Shown here in pieces: positions 1 to 8,820 of a stretch of DNA of 31,184 nucleotides. The stretch comes from a virus (taxonomy: Duplodnaviria; Caudoviricetes): IMG/VR virus record IMGVR_UViG_3300047672_000038, positions 1-31,184 of that record; one strand, given 5' to 3'. Position 1 is the first letter of the stretch. Every line of letters starts with the position of its first letter. The notes under the pieces are model-generated. The model saw only the letters and a program-made list of their open reading frames with translations, had not been told where the DNA came from and searched no databases. Position numbers and translations under genes: made by a program.

Positions 1-474
1 ATCGCCCTTGTCACCCGTCACCAGCATCAATTCAGAAACGCCGATGCCGTGGATCAGCGCATCACGGCAGCATTCCACTTCCAAATCTTCGGCAAAGGAC
101 GCGTCATTGATGGTGCGGATGACTTGCGTCGCGACCTCTGCGCCCTGCTCGCCCCGTGGCGTGTTCGGATAGGCTTTGGGATCGGTGCGCAGCCGGCGAA
201 TGGTGCCCGACAGGCTGTCGATCTTGCGCCCGGTGCGGTCGAAGGTGATCGGCGGCTGGTGGCGCTTCTTGAGCACCTTCAATTGTTCGGCCGTCCATTG
301 GTCTACATGATAGTAGCGCCATGCCTGCCGCTGTTCATCGATCTCCCGGCCCTTGGCTGTCGCGTAATCTTCGAACTCGCGGCGGCGGATGGTCAGCTTC
401 GGCGCGTTGACATCATCCGGTCCCATAACCTCTTGCGCATTGTAGTTTTGCTGCGCCGTTTCAAGGTTCATCAT
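1..474 (-). CDS. Portal protein, P22-like (5' part; runs off the left edge)
   Basis: Not in the ORF track. Manual translation from the ATG overlapping the terL stop gives MMNLETAQQ...WRYYHVDQWTAEQLKVLKKRHQPPITFDRTGRKIDSLSG..., open to position 1. This resembles P22-type portal N-termini, and it lies directly downstream of terL. Confidence 0.8.
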   Translation of the reverse strand, partial: MMNLETAQQNYNAQEVMGPDDVNAPKLTIRRREFEDYATAKGREIDEQRQAWRYYHVDQWTAEQLKVLKKRHQPPITFDRTGRKIDSLSGTIRRLRTDPKAYPNTPRGEQGAEVATQVIRTINDASFAEDLEVECCRDALIHGIGVSELMLVTGDKGD

Positions 475-1919
475 AGGGTCATCGGGTCCACGGTTTTACC
501 TTTGTCACGATGGAATTTGTAGCCGTCGTCGGGAAGCTTCATCGAAGGCGCAGCCGCCACACGGCCCTTCACCATCTTGTCCAGCAATTGCCCGACCAGC
601 CCGAGCGCATCGCCCTGATCGTCGTACTTGGCCGACCACAGTTTCAGGATTTCAGCGAAGAACGCCGCCACCCACGGCGCATTCTTCGGATAGTAAATCC
701 CGTCGAGCGCAAGGCGGCCCTGGATTGACCGTGCCCGAACCGCCTTGTCTCCCCGCGTCGGAAACTGCTCACGCGTGACATACACGCGCCGATCACTCAT
801 GCGCTTCTCAAGGAACGGGCCAACCGATGCCTTGATCTGTCCGGTTTCCTCTGCCCATCCCATCGGGCGATATTTTTCCACCAGATCGCAGAAGGCATCG
901 ATCCAGACATCCGATGTCTTTTGACCGCGCCACACGTCCAGCAGATAAAGATTGTTCATGTGATCGACGCCGATCACGATATGCACCGTGAAATCGCCGC
1001 CCTCATTCGTCACGGCGTAGTCGGACGCGCCATAGCAGCGCATCAGCGTGTGTGACGGCGCAATGTCCAGCGGCTTGAACCATTCTTCCTTGAAGAAGTC
1101 GCCGCTGTCCGGCGTCGGCTCTTGCTGATACAGCGCCGACCACACGCGCGGCGGTGTCGTCGCTTTCAACTCGCGTAATTGTTCGCCGTAGCCGTAGGTA
1201 TCGTCATCCCAAAGAAATTCTCCGGGGTGGCGGCCGAGTTGATCGTCCGCCTTGGCTTCGGCCGGCAGCGAGATCACCGTCCAATCCTGATGATTGAGAC
1301 AGCGGCCCGCCAGATCATCTTCATGCCAACGGGTCTGGATCAGTAGTTGGCGCGCACCAGGTATCAGGCGCGGCCGAAAGTCGAACAGATACCATTCCCA
1401 AAGACGATCTCGCACGTTCTGGCTCTCTGCATCCTCACGGGATCGCAGGGGATCATCGATGACGCCGAACAGTGCCCGAAAGCCTGCGATACCGATCCTT
1501 GCGCCGGCTGCGAGATATTCGCCGCCTTCCAGTGTTGACCAGCGGCCGGCTGCCTGATTGTCGGTATCTGGCCGGATGCCCAAAATTGAGGATTGGTCTG
1601 CAATGATGTTCCGAACACGCCTTCCCCACCTTTCCGCCAACTCCGTAGTGTGGCTTGCGGCAAGAAATTGCGCCTTCGGATGCTGCGCCATTGCATAGGG
1701 CGGAAACAAAACGCTGGCGTAAGTGCTCTTGGCCGAACCGGGCGGCATGAACACGGCGAGCCGGACAATCTCGCCCCGGCACAAGGCTTCAAGCTTTTCG
1801 ATCAGCAGCAGATGGTGGCGGGCGGGAATGTAGCCTTGGCTCTTGCACCATTCCGACATATCGGAACGGACCAGCTTCCGGCGAAGGATTTCGCCGGCAG
1901 CATCTTCCGCCGAGATCAT
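471..1919 (-). CDS. terL: Terminase large subunit
   Basis: 482 aa with Walker A-like MPPGSAKST, Walker B-like GVIDDP, coupling motif IQTRWHEDDL, nuclease-domain ASDYA and C-terminal YDDQGDAL. Confidence 0.95.
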   Translation of the reverse strand: MISAEDAAGEILRRKLVRSDMSEWCKSQGYIPARHHLLLIEKLEALCRGEIVRLAVFMPPGSAKSTYASVLFPPYAMAQHPKAQFLAASHTTELAERWGRRVRNIIADQSSILGIRPDTDNQAAGRWSTLEGGEYLAAGARIGIAGFRALFGVIDDPLRSREDAESQNVRDRLWEWYLFDFRPRLIPGARQLLIQTRWHEDDLAGRCLNHQDWTVISLPAEAKADDQLGRHPGEFLWDDDTYGYGEQLRELKATTPPRVWSALYQQEPTPDSGDFFKEEWFKPLDIAPSHTLMRCYGASDYAVTNEGGDFTVHIVIGVDHMNNLYLLDVWRGQKTSDVWIDAFCDLVEKYRPMGWAEETGQIKASVGPFLEKRMSDRRVYVTREQFPTRGDKAVRARSIQGRLALDGIYYPKNAPWVAAFFAEILKLWSAKYDDQGDALGLVGQLLDKMVKGRVAAAPSMKLPDDGYKFHRDKGKTVDPMTL

Positions 1920-2320
1920 TTGGCTGCTTGCTGCGCCCCTGTTTGTTGCATGACGGCGAAGCGTTCGCTTTCCAGCGACAGATCGATCACGCGCAGGCCG
2001 GCATAGGCGGCTTGCGTTTTCATGTTGCGGGTGCCGCGTCCGCCTTCGAAGGCAATCACCAGATCGGGAAAGCCTTCATCGATCATCTGCTTGTTGCGGA
2101 TCGGCCCTGCGGCCTTGGCCCCGTACTTGGCCCATTCGGCCGGATACTTCTTCACTTCGATGTGCCGGCGATAGGCCCATATTTCGGCCAAGCTATCCGC
2201 GCCCCGCGCGCCGCCGTGGATCACCAGATCGAAGCGATGGATCGCATGCAGCATGTCCAGATAATTTTCCAGCATGCCTTCGTCGGAAAAACTGCGACCG
2301 CCGCAGATAATCACCCTCAT
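1916..2320 (-). CDS. SLOG/YspA-like (DUF2493) protein
   Basis: MRVIICGGRSF...IHGGARGADSLA...AGPIRNKQM...AFEGGRGTRNM are SLOG-family motifs. Start moved to the ATG at 2320, which overlaps the upstream stop. Confidence 0.85.
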   Translation of the reverse strand: MRVIICGGRSFSDEGMLENYLDMLHAIHRFDLVIHGGARGADSLAEIWAYRRHIEVKKYPAEWAKYGAKAAGPIRNKQMIDEGFPDLVIAFEGGRGTRNMKTQAAYAGLRVIDLSLESERFAVMQQTGAQQAAK

Positions 2321-2742
2321 GTGTGCCCCCGGCGCGGATACCAAACCTCATGACGGTGCTTGCCCTTGCCGATCACGCGCCGCCGATAATCGTGCCGAAC
2401 ACACCAACTGATCAGCGCTTCGTTTGGCTCAACAATGACCGGCACCAGATCGTGCCGCCAGATCGCGGCAATCAACCGGGAAAATGCGCCGTGCCCCGGC
2501 TTCATCGCATCGAGCAGCACCAGCCGGATTTTTTTGCCGTCCTGGCTGGCGACGATCTCGCGCCAATCTTCGGGGTTGATGATCACCGACCGCAGGACAA
2601 GGGTAAAACCCTGTTCCACTTCCATCTCGCGCAGATTGGCAGCGGCGGCCATCATGTTTTCGGTTTTCAATACGGGCGCGGACGGGGCCGGGCTGTTCGC
2701 CAGCAGGCCAGCGAGAATGCCGTGCCGGGAAACCTTTCTCAT
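2317..2742 (-). CDS. Hypothetical protein (weak GNAT-like PGHGAF segment)
   Basis: Translationally coupled with both neighbours by 4-nt overlaps. Confidence 0.6.
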   Translation of the reverse strand: MRKVSRHGILAGLLANSPAPSAPVLKTENMMAAAANLREMEVEQGFTLVLRSVIINPEDWREIVASQDGKKIRLVLLDAMKPGHGAFSRLIAAIWRHDLVPVIVEPNEALISWCVRHDYRRRVIGKGKHRHEVWYPRRGHT

Positions 2743-2951
2743 GATTTACCCCCGTCAAGGCGCTTGAGGCTTTCCAGCGACGGCAGTGTGATTGGCCTTT
2801 TTCTCCCGTTGAGTGTGACGGGGAATTTGTTGCGCGGGCCTTTCAATTCAGGCTGTTGGAAATACTGTTCCCTCGCCTTGTCCACCGCCTTGATCGTGGT
2901 TTTATCACGGGGCATCACGGGCCGATTGGACTTGCGTGAAAACAGTGTCAT
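2739..2951 (-). CDS. Hypothetical protein
   Basis: 70 aa with ATGA overlaps at both ends. Confidence 0.6.
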   Translation of the reverse strand: MTLFSRKSNRPVMPRDKTTIKAVDKAREQYFQQPELKGPRNKFPVTLNGRKRPITLPSLESLKRLDGGKS

Positions 2952-3187
2952 TGCGTCCTCTCCACTGTGAGAACACCCCGGCGCTTAAGCGATGCGGCGG
3001 ATTTATTACGCAATGAGCGCTCAAGCCCCTCACGATCGCCACGCGCAAGTTTTACGAATAACAGATCAATAAAACTCTGCTCTCTGGAAGATCTGAATTT
3101 CTGCAAATTGTCGGTCAGGCGAATGTCGCCGCCGTGCGTCGCCATGTCACCGATCTTGGTCATTGGCCCGTCAGTGCCTGTGATCAT
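2948..3187 (-). CDS. Hypothetical protein
   Basis: Start at the ATG overlapping the upstream stop (MITGTDG...). Confidence 0.55.
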   Translation of the reverse strand: MITGTDGPMTKIGDMATHGGDIRLTDNLQKFRSSREQSFIDLLFVKLARGDREGLERSLRNKSAASLKRRGVLTVERTQ

Positions 3188-3432
3188 GGCCCCGGCCTTG
3201 CGATGAATTGAATGCTGTGGCGGCGGACCGGCGCGGCCCCGCCGTTCAATAGCTTGAGCATCGATGCGCGATCCGTCGTGATCCACATCGTTGACACCCG
3301 GACTTCGACCTTGAGTGCATCAGCCGCGTCACGCGCCGCGATCTTGGCTTCCGGCATGGTGTTAAACCAGAAGCCGCCCTGTGGTTTTTTGGGATTTTCT
3401 GCGGCGCTCACATCGATAAAATACAGCCTCAT
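3184..3432 (-). CDS. Hypothetical protein
   Basis: MRLYFIDV...; coupled overlaps at both ends. Confidence 0.6.
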   Translation of the reverse strand: MRLYFIDVSAAENPKKPQGGFWFNTMPEAKIAARDAADALKVEVRVSTMWITTDRASMLKLLNGGAAPVRRHSIQFIARPGP

Positions 3433-3605
3433 GAGGCCGCCTTGTCGGCTGGCACCGATCCCAAGCCACCGCAGACCTTGCAGGCGGTGAACGGATAGAT
3501 ACGGCACAACTCGCCGCGTTCGAACTTGTGCGCCTTGCCCGTGCCCTCACAGGCCTTGCAGGGCCGGCGCGGTTGATCGACCTTGACCGAAAAGGTGCGC
3601 CTCAT
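3429..3605 (-). CDS. Small zinc-finger protein (DnaJ-type CxxCxGxG repeats)
   Basis: MRRTFSVK...CKACEGTG...CKVCGGLG; coupled overlaps. Confidence 0.6.
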   Translation of the reverse strand: MRRTFSVKVDQPRRPCKACEGTGKAHKFERGELCRIYPFTACKVCGGLGSVPADKAAS

Positions 3606-3820
3606 GGCAGCACCTTCAATTTTTGCTTCGGCCACCAATCGATATAGCGGCGATCTTCCCACTGCACGCCGGCATGGACGCCGTTGCTGTGCAGCTTCTT
3701 GACGGTGCCCTGTCGGTTGACCCAATCGACGGCCTTTGCCGTCATGGTCATCTGCGACTTGCGCGCCTGCATCAGCGCAACGCCTTCCGACAGCGTGACG
3801 CGATCCCCGAGACAGATCAT
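3602..3820 (-). CDS. Hypothetical protein (possible SH3/KOW-like)
   Basis: MICLGDRVTL...RQGTVKK...GVQWED; coupled overlaps. Confidence 0.55.
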   Translation of the reverse strand: MICLGDRVTLSEGVALMQARKSQMTMTAKAVDWVNRQGTVKKLHSNGVHAGVQWEDRRYIDWWPKQKLKVLP

Positions 3821-4128
3821 CCGAGCGCCCTCCGCGCATCGATGATCGAACAGCCCCGCGCCAGCAGCGGAAACACCACCTGATGCCCGGCCCGCTTGAC
3901 CAGATCGCGCCAATCCACCGGCAGGCGCTCCGCAATGAAGCGCGCCGCACCTTCCGACAGATATTCGGGGCTTCCGGACTTGCGCAGAAAGAGGCGGATC
4001 GCCTCCATCGTATCGATGGCGTCCGTTACCTGGGACGGATCAAGCCGGAAGATCAAATCTTCCATTGCCGCGAGGCGAACCATCGCGCGGTCGAGATCAA
4101 GCCGAAGTTTCTGGATGCTATCGGCCAT
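3817..4128 (-). CDS. Hypothetical protein
   Basis: MADSIQKL..., preceded by an AAAGGTGG SD-like sequence. Confidence 0.55.
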   Translation of the reverse strand: MADSIQKLRLDLDRAMVRLAAMEDLIFRLDPSQVTDAIDTMEAIRLFLRKSGSPEYLSEGAARFIAERLPVDWRDLVKRAGHQVVFPLLARGCSIIDARRALG

Positions 4129-4327
4129 TGATCCACCTTTGCAGATCAGCGACCAGCTTGGTCTTTCTCCGGACGCCGCCGACAAACGGCATTTTTACGA
4201 TCTTGTGCTTCCAGATGATCGTGTAGCCGGATGGCGTTGCAAATGCCTCTAGCGGCGTGCCGAGCTTTTCTTCATCGGCAAAGCGTCGCCAATAAACTTC
4301 GCCACCAGACGGCTTGTGCGGCATCAT
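4118..4327 (-). CDS. Hypothetical protein
   Basis: 69 aa. First gene of the leftward run that ends in terL and portal; upstream GGGAG SD. Confidence 0.5.
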   Translation of the reverse strand: MMPHKPSGGEVYWRRFADEEKLGTPLEAFATPSGYTIIWKHKIVKMPFVGGVRRKTKLVADLQRWINGR

Positions 4328-4406
4328 ATCGGACAGGCTCCCCTTGTACCGAAAGACTGCACCAAAACGCCCCGGCTGTGAAGCGTAAATTTTACTCCCT
4401 TTTAGG

Positions 4407-4715
4407 TCAGGCCGGCTTGCCCTTCCTGCGATACCACGTCCGCCGCGACATGCCGGCCGCCTTCCACGGTTCTGTCGAGCGCTCGCTGCCCTGACTGATG
4501 CCCCGCCTTACTGGCGGCGAAACTGGAAGCGGCGCAGCGACGGGACTTTCACACCTTTGGTCTTGCGCAGCAGGACCGGCGCGCGGCGTTTCAGGTACTC
4601 TACTTTTAACACTTTGGGCTTTTTCATGCCTTATCTCCGGAATGGGCGGGCCGAACTCCGGACACCACCCAAGGCGGTGCCGTTCGCCGCATATTTTACA
4701 GAACGGCAGTTCCAT
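4407..4715 (-). CDS. Hypothetical protein, N-terminal CxxC/H motif and C-terminal HTH-like PWKAAGMSRRTWYRR
   Basis: GAGG SD upstream. The C-terminal motif is typical of small phage DNA-binding tails. Confidence 0.5.
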   Translation of the reverse strand: MELPFCKICGERHRLGWCPEFGPPIPEIRHEKAQSVKSRVPETPRAGPAAQDQRCESPVAAPLPVSPPVRRGISQGSERSTEPWKAAGMSRRTWYRRKGKPA

Positions 4716-4784
4716 AGATCGGACCTCGTAATTTTTCCTCCTTGGGAGGCGGAATTAGTACGCAAGTTTAGTTTTGGCTTGCCG

Positions 4785-4813
4785 TTGACAGGGTTCCCGA
4801 GCGGGATCAGACT
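4785..4813 (+). promoter_or_regulatory. Sigma70-like promoter of the rightward accessory operon
   Basis: TTGACA-N17-CAGACT, with palindrome TCCCG-AG-CGGGA (4795-4806) in the spacer. AAGGAGG SD and ATG 4841 follow. Confidence 0.65.
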
Positions 4814-4840
4814 TTGCCTGTAAATCCCAAGGAGGAACCA

Positions 4841-5305
4841 ATGGCTGTAAAGCACCGACATATGATCGCCGGCAAACCCGTCTATGATTTAAGAAAGAAG
4901 ATCGAAATCATCATCACGCCCAACGATGTCGAGAAGGGCGCACGCCGCAGCCCGTCAGACTGTGCCGCCGCCCGCAGCATCAAGCGCTGCGTTCCCGGCG
5001 CGATTGGTGCCCGCGTCCACATCGGCCGCACCTACATCGAATTCCCCGATCATTGGGAAATGGGCAATACGCCGGCCAGCCTCAAGCAAGAAATTATCGC
5101 GCATGACCGTGACGGCAAATTCCAGCCGGCCGACGATTATTACATCCGGCCAATCGGCCCTGCGGAACGTGCCCGGCGCGGCAAGCGCGCAGGCAGCAAC
5201 AAGCCCGGCGCTCGCGACAAGGGATCGAAGGATCGCACACCGAAAAGGCCGCGCATGAAGCCCCATCATGTGCAGGGCATCCGGGCGCGGGGCGCCAACG
5301 TCTAA
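4841..5305 (+). CDS. Hypothetical basic protein
   Basis: Strong SD AAGGAGG before ATG 4841. Confidence 0.75.
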   Translation: MAVKHRHMIAGKPVYDLRKKIEIIITPNDVEKGARRSPSDCAAARSIKRCVPGAIGARVHIGRTYIEFPDHWEMGNTPASLKQEIIAHDRDGKFQPADDYYIRPIGPAERARRGKRAGSNKPGARDKGSKDRTPKRPRMKPHHVQGIRARGANV

Positions 5306-5306
5306 G

Positions 5307-5531
5307 ATGCAGATTTCCTATTTCAATGGCGACTGTCCGGACTGCGGCGGCTTCCTGTGGCGGCCCGGTCCGGCTGGCGGCATGTCGCAGAACATCGAAT
5401 GCGTCGGCTGCGGTGCGCGCCTCAACGTCGCGTTCTGGCATGGACACTTCGTCATGGGCCAGCGTATCCCGAGCGAACGGGATGGCGGCGGCGCGTGGCT
5501 TGAGAATATGTTTCCGAAGGTGTGCCAATGA
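5307..5531 (+). CDS. Small zinc-ribbon protein
   Basis: MQISYFNGDCPDCGG...IECVGCG. Confidence 0.6.
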   Translation: MQISYFNGDCPDCGGFLWRPGPAGGMSQNIECVGCGARLNVAFWHGHFVMGQRIPSERDGGGAWLENMFPKVCQ

Positions 5532-6028
5532 GCGAACAGGAATTGCGCGAGCTACTGCACCACGCATCCGGCTTTGCCGAAAAGATGATCGCCAGAAAAG
5601 GCGAACTCTCCCCGATGTGGCATGCGATCCGCGCCAACGGCGAGCAGTTCATTGAGCCGCACCCGATGATGGAAAAGGATATGGCGAACGCACTGATCCG
5701 CGCGCAGTTCGATCTACTTGATGTGGTCCGCTACATCTATATGGGCGAGGCGTGGACACTGGTGCGGCAAGCCGGGCTACCGAGCAGCGCTGCCGAGCTT
5801 GCGAGCATCAAGTCAGATGGCATCTCCAAACATCCTGACCGCGTGGAAGTCGTGATGATCCAGGGCGAGGACAAAGACGCCGGGCAGTTCATGGCGCTGC
5901 GCGAGATCATTCGCACCGGCAACAAGGTAAAGCTTGGCCCGCTGGAAATCACGCACTGGCCGGGCGACGGCGGATCATCGGAAGGCCGCATGGTGGGGAT
6001 GCTGCCGCAGCGAGGGACCAAGCAATGA
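5528..6028 (+). CDS. Hypothetical protein
   Basis: MSEQELRE..., 166 aa, ATGA overlap. Confidence 0.75.
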   Translation: MSEQELRELLHHASGFAEKMIARKGELSPMWHAIRANGEQFIEPHPMMEKDMANALIRAQFDLLDVVRYIYMGEAWTLVRQAGLPSSAAELASIKSDGISKHPDRVEVVMIQGEDKDAGQFMALREIIRTGNKVKLGPLEITHWPGDGGSSEGRMVGMLPQRGTKQ

Positions 6029-6180
6029 TCATGAGCGGCAACCGCGCCATCTGCTTGGGATGGAGTGTTGCGATGTTCTTCGCCATCATCGCGGATGCGC
6101 GCGGCGTCGATCCGCTTTACAGCGTGCCGATCCTGTTCCTGCTTGGCGCGGCCATCGCGCTTCTGGCGGTGTCGAAGTGA
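6025..6180 (+). CDS. Small membrane protein (2 predicted TM segments)
   Basis: Below the ORF-track cutoff. MIMSGNRAICLGWSVAMFFAIIADARGVDPLYSVPILFLLGAAIALLAVSK fills the gap with 4-nt overlaps at both ends. Confidence 0.6.
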   Translation: MIMSGNRAICLGWSVAMFFAIIADARGVDPLYSVPILFLLGAAIALLAVSK

Positions 6181-6437
6181 CCAAGAAGCCGAAAATCACG
6201 GGCCGCACGATCCCGACCACCAACGAAATCGTCATGTTCTGGCACTGCATGAATTGCTTTCACCACAGGCCGGAAGGCACCGCCCCGGCCGATTGGGTGC
6301 GGCTTGAGGGTGGCTGGACCGAATTGGGCTTCCAGCTTCGTTGCCAGCGCTGCGATCTCAACATTATCCACGTCGATTTCGAAGGCATGCAGCACCCCGC
6401 CAACCTTGGCGGCGGGAAAAAGACGACGACGCAATGA
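6177..6437 (+). CDS. Hypothetical Cys/His-rich protein
   Basis: GTG start overlapping the upstream stop; HCMNC...RCQRCDLNIIHVDF. Confidence 0.65.
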   Translation: MTKKPKITGRTIPTTNEIVMFWHCMNCFHHRPEGTAPADWVRLEGGWTELGFQLRCQRCDLNIIHVDFEGMQHPANLGGGKKTTTQ

Positions 6438-6679
6438 GCAACCACAAGCAAGTCTTGATGTGCGCGCGGGTCGATGGGCCGCTGTTGCTGCCTGACAATC
6501 TGACCGGGCCGTGCTCCGAATGCTGGTCGCTGGTGCAGTATCGTCCGCACGCGCCCGATGGCATCAGGTTGATCTGCATGGAATGCGCGCTGCCCAACCT
6601 GACGCCGAATGACCGGCTGGTTACGACGCAACGCATGATCGATGACGCTCTGCGGTATTTCAACCGGAAAAAACAATGA
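6434..6679 (+). CDS. Small zinc-binding protein
   Basis: MSNHKQ...CSEC...CMEC; coupled overlaps. Confidence 0.65.
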   Translation: MSNHKQVLMCARVDGPLLLPDNLTGPCSECWSLVQYRPHAPDGIRLICMECALPNLTPNDRLVTTQRMIDDALRYFNRKKQ

Positions 6680-6948
6680 GCAACCCGGTCGATCTGGTTT
6701 TTCACATCTACCAGCTTCGCAAGGCGGCGAGCGCTGCCGGCATGCTGGATATGTGGACGATCACCGACAGCCCGAAGGACTATCCCGACCTCTATGTGGC
6801 GCGGCGCTTCGTTCTGGACCGGCCGACCGATTATATGTTCGTTGCTGAAACGCTGGACGACATCCGCAAGCCGCTGGTGCAGGCCGGCTTCACCTGTATG
6901 TCGCGCAGCGACGGCGACGATCCCGTGATTGTGGAAACGTGGCTATGA
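6676..6948 (+). CDS. Hypothetical phage protein
   Basis: WTITDSPKDYPDLYVARRF...DDPVIVETWL; coupled overlaps. Confidence 0.75.
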   Translation: MSNPVDLVFHIYQLRKAASAAGMLDMWTITDSPKDYPDLYVARRFVLDRPTDYMFVAETLDDIRKPLVQAGFTCMSRSDGDDPVIVETWL

Positions 6949-7370
6949 CCGAGTGGCCGCAATACTACATCCTTGTCGGCCGCATCCCGGTTGCGGTCGA
7001 TCTGATGACGTGGGCGCGCTGGTTCGAAAACACCGGGGGCCGGCGCGTTGCCGAAACCATTGTTGATGACACGCCGACCGAAGTTGATTTCAGCATCCCC
7101 GGCCGTGAGCAAAAAATCACGCGGCCCAAGGTCCGGGTGTCCACCGTGTTCCTGGGTCTGGATCACAACTACCGTTCGCTGATCGGAGAAGAAGGGGCCG
7201 AGCCGCTGATTTTCGAAACCATGATCTTCGGCGGCCCGCTGGATCAGGAAACGTGGCGCTATTCGACCTATGATCAGGCCGAGCGCGGCCACGACGAAGC
7301 CGTGACGCAGGCGCGCAAGGCGGGTGCGCAGATCAAGGCGATTGCGGACGCATCAAGGAGCGACAAATGA
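6945..7370 (+). CDS. Hypothetical phage protein
   Basis: VSTVFLGLDHN...LIFETMIFGG...RYSTYDQAERGH; coupled overlaps. Confidence 0.75.
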   Translation: MTEWPQYYILVGRIPVAVDLMTWARWFENTGGRRVAETIVDDTPTEVDFSIPGREQKITRPKVRVSTVFLGLDHNYRSLIGEEGAEPLIFETMIFGGPLDQETWRYSTYDQAERGHDEAVTQARKAGAQIKAIADASRSDK

Positions 7371-7639
7371 AAAACTGGCTTCGCCGCCTCGCCGGCTGGA
7401 AGGACGTTGAATTGGTTTGCATGCGGCTGGTTGACATGCACCGGGTACATCCCGAGCAGATCACCGCGCGCTGTTCGCAATGCGGCCATGAGATCGGCGT
7501 CTATCCATCGGGGCAGGAAGTGATGCGCCTGCATCCCGATGCGAAACTGTTCTGTCAGGTGTGCAAGGCACCGGGCAACGACACCAAGCTTGCGCCCGGT
7601 GCCGAAGTTGAGCCGTTTCAGTCCGTGAAGAAAAAATGA
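7367..7639 (+). CDS. Small zinc-binding protein
   Basis: CSQC...CQVC; AAGGAG SD. Confidence 0.7.
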   Translation: MKNWLRRLAGWKDVELVCMRLVDMHRVHPEQITARCSQCGHEIGVYPSGQEVMRLHPDAKLFCQVCKAPGNDTKLAPGAEVEPFQSVKKK

Positions 7640-7836
7640 AAAAAAAGAACGAAACCGATGATCTTGACGCCTATAGCATCAAGGAATTTTGCAGACGGCA
7701 CAGCATTTCAGAACAGATGTTCTACAAAGACAGGGCCAACATGCCGGACGAATTCCACGTTGGCGTGCGCGTGCTGATTTCACGGGAAGCCGCCGCGCAA
7801 TGGCGCGCAAGAAAGACAAGGGAAAACAAAAAATAA
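7636..7836 (+). CDS. AlpA/excisionase-like HTH protein
   Basis: AYSIKEFCRRHSISEQMFYK...VGVRVLISREAAAQW. Confidence 0.7.
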   Translation: MKKKNETDDLDAYSIKEFCRRHSISEQMFYKDRANMPDEFHVGVRVLISREAAAQWRARKTRENKK

Positions 7837-7866
7837 AGCGCCGCCTCAATTCGGGAAGCGGCGCTT
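7836..7866. terminator. Possible hairpin terminator between convergent operons
   Basis: AAGCGCCGC...GCGGCGCTT inverted repeat directly after the 7836 stop. Confidence 0.4.
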
Positions 7867-7869
7867 CCG

Positions 7870-8100
7870 CTAGCGGCGGGTCTTTTCCGCTTCCGGTTCA
7901 GGCGGGATCGGAATTTGCAGATCGTCGCGACACTGCCAAGCCGCCTTGATGACGCCGGGCCGCGCCTTATCGATCAGCACCCCTTCGGTCGTCCTGATCT
8001 GCGCTTCGATGTAGGGGGCAAGCTCGCGCAGCGCTTGGGCCACATGAACATTCTCACGCGCCCCTTCGGGGATCGGTACGATCACAACTAATCCATGCAT
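7870..8100 (-). CDS. Hypothetical protein
   Basis: 76 aa; AGGAG SD upstream. Confidence 0.5.
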   Translation of the reverse strand: MHGLVVIVPIPEGARENVHVAQALRELAPYIEAQIRTTEGVLIDKARPGVIKAAWQCRDDLQIPIPPEPEAEKTRR

Positions 8101-8106
8101 GGGACT

Positions 8107-8292
8107 TCACTCCTGGTTGTCGATGACAGATGCCTTCCAGCCGTAGCGGGCGATGGTCTCCCGCGCGTAAGTCTCGCTCTTGCCGATCAGCTTTTTCAGG
8201 ATCGGCGCGGCCCGCACCACCTTGGTCCCGTCGCTTTCGAAGCCGGCAACGAAGTGCGGCGCGACCACGCGGACCAGCTTCACGGCGGCCAT
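8107..8292 (-). CDS. Hypothetical phage protein
   Basis: MAAVKLVRVVAPHFVAGFESDG...RAAPIL; GGAG SD. Confidence 0.6.
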   Translation of the reverse strand: MAAVKLVRVVAPHFVAGFESDGTKVVRAAPILKKLIGKSETYARETIARYGWKASVIDNQE

Positions 8293-8522
8293 CCGGTGTC
8301 TCCGACCGAGCAGGAACGCAGATCGCTCAACAGGCCCCCGAGCATAGAGCGCGCGGTCCAGTTGGCCTCCGGGACGTGAAGGCGCAACACCTGTTCCAGC
8401 ACGTTGGCAAACGCCAGCGCGTTGTCGCCCCGAATGAACACGCCCGGCCAATCGTCGCCAAACCGGATCGGGCCGGTTTCGACGCGGACCGGGGTAGCGG
8501 GGAATTTCCTGATCTCACTCAC
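8280..8522 (-). CDS. Hypothetical phage protein
   Basis: RVETGPIRFGDDWPGVFIRGDNA. Confidence 0.65.
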   Translation of the reverse strand: MSEIRKFPATPVRVETGPIRFGDDWPGVFIRGDNALAFANVLEQVLRLHVPEANWTARSMLGGLLSDLRSCSVGDTGWPP

Positions 8523-8820
8523 GGCGCAACAGCTTCCCGAAGGTCTCCTGACCTTCCGGCGATTTGGACCAGTCGTCGCTTTCCTCTGTCGAAGCGTCGA
8601 AATCGCCCTGCATCACCCGCGAGCGCAGCGCCGTGATCTGGCCGCGCAACACCGGGCCTTCTTCCTTACTGGCGGCGACCGCGAGATCACCGACCAGCGT
8701 CACACAGGGCGCGTCGAGCGGCGAGAGATAGTCGTGATACCAGCCTTCGGCTGCCTTTGCAGCCATTCCCGACAGGCCGACCTTCTCCAGAGCGTTGGCG
8801 AGCTTGTCCTTGGTGTGCAT
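8515..8820 (-). CDS. Hypothetical phage protein
   Basis: MHTKDKLANAL...GWYHDYLSPL; AGGAGG SD at 8829-8834. Confidence 0.7.
   Translation of the reverse strand: MHTKDKLANALEKVGLSGMAAKAAEGWYHDYLSPLDAPCVTLVGDLAVAASKEEGPVLRGQITALRSRVMQGDFDASTEESDDWSKSPEGQETFGKLLRRE

Noticed and set aside
4720-7870. Invertible segment flipped by the serine recombinase
   Set aside because: I found no inverted repeats at the two ends of the opposite-strand block.
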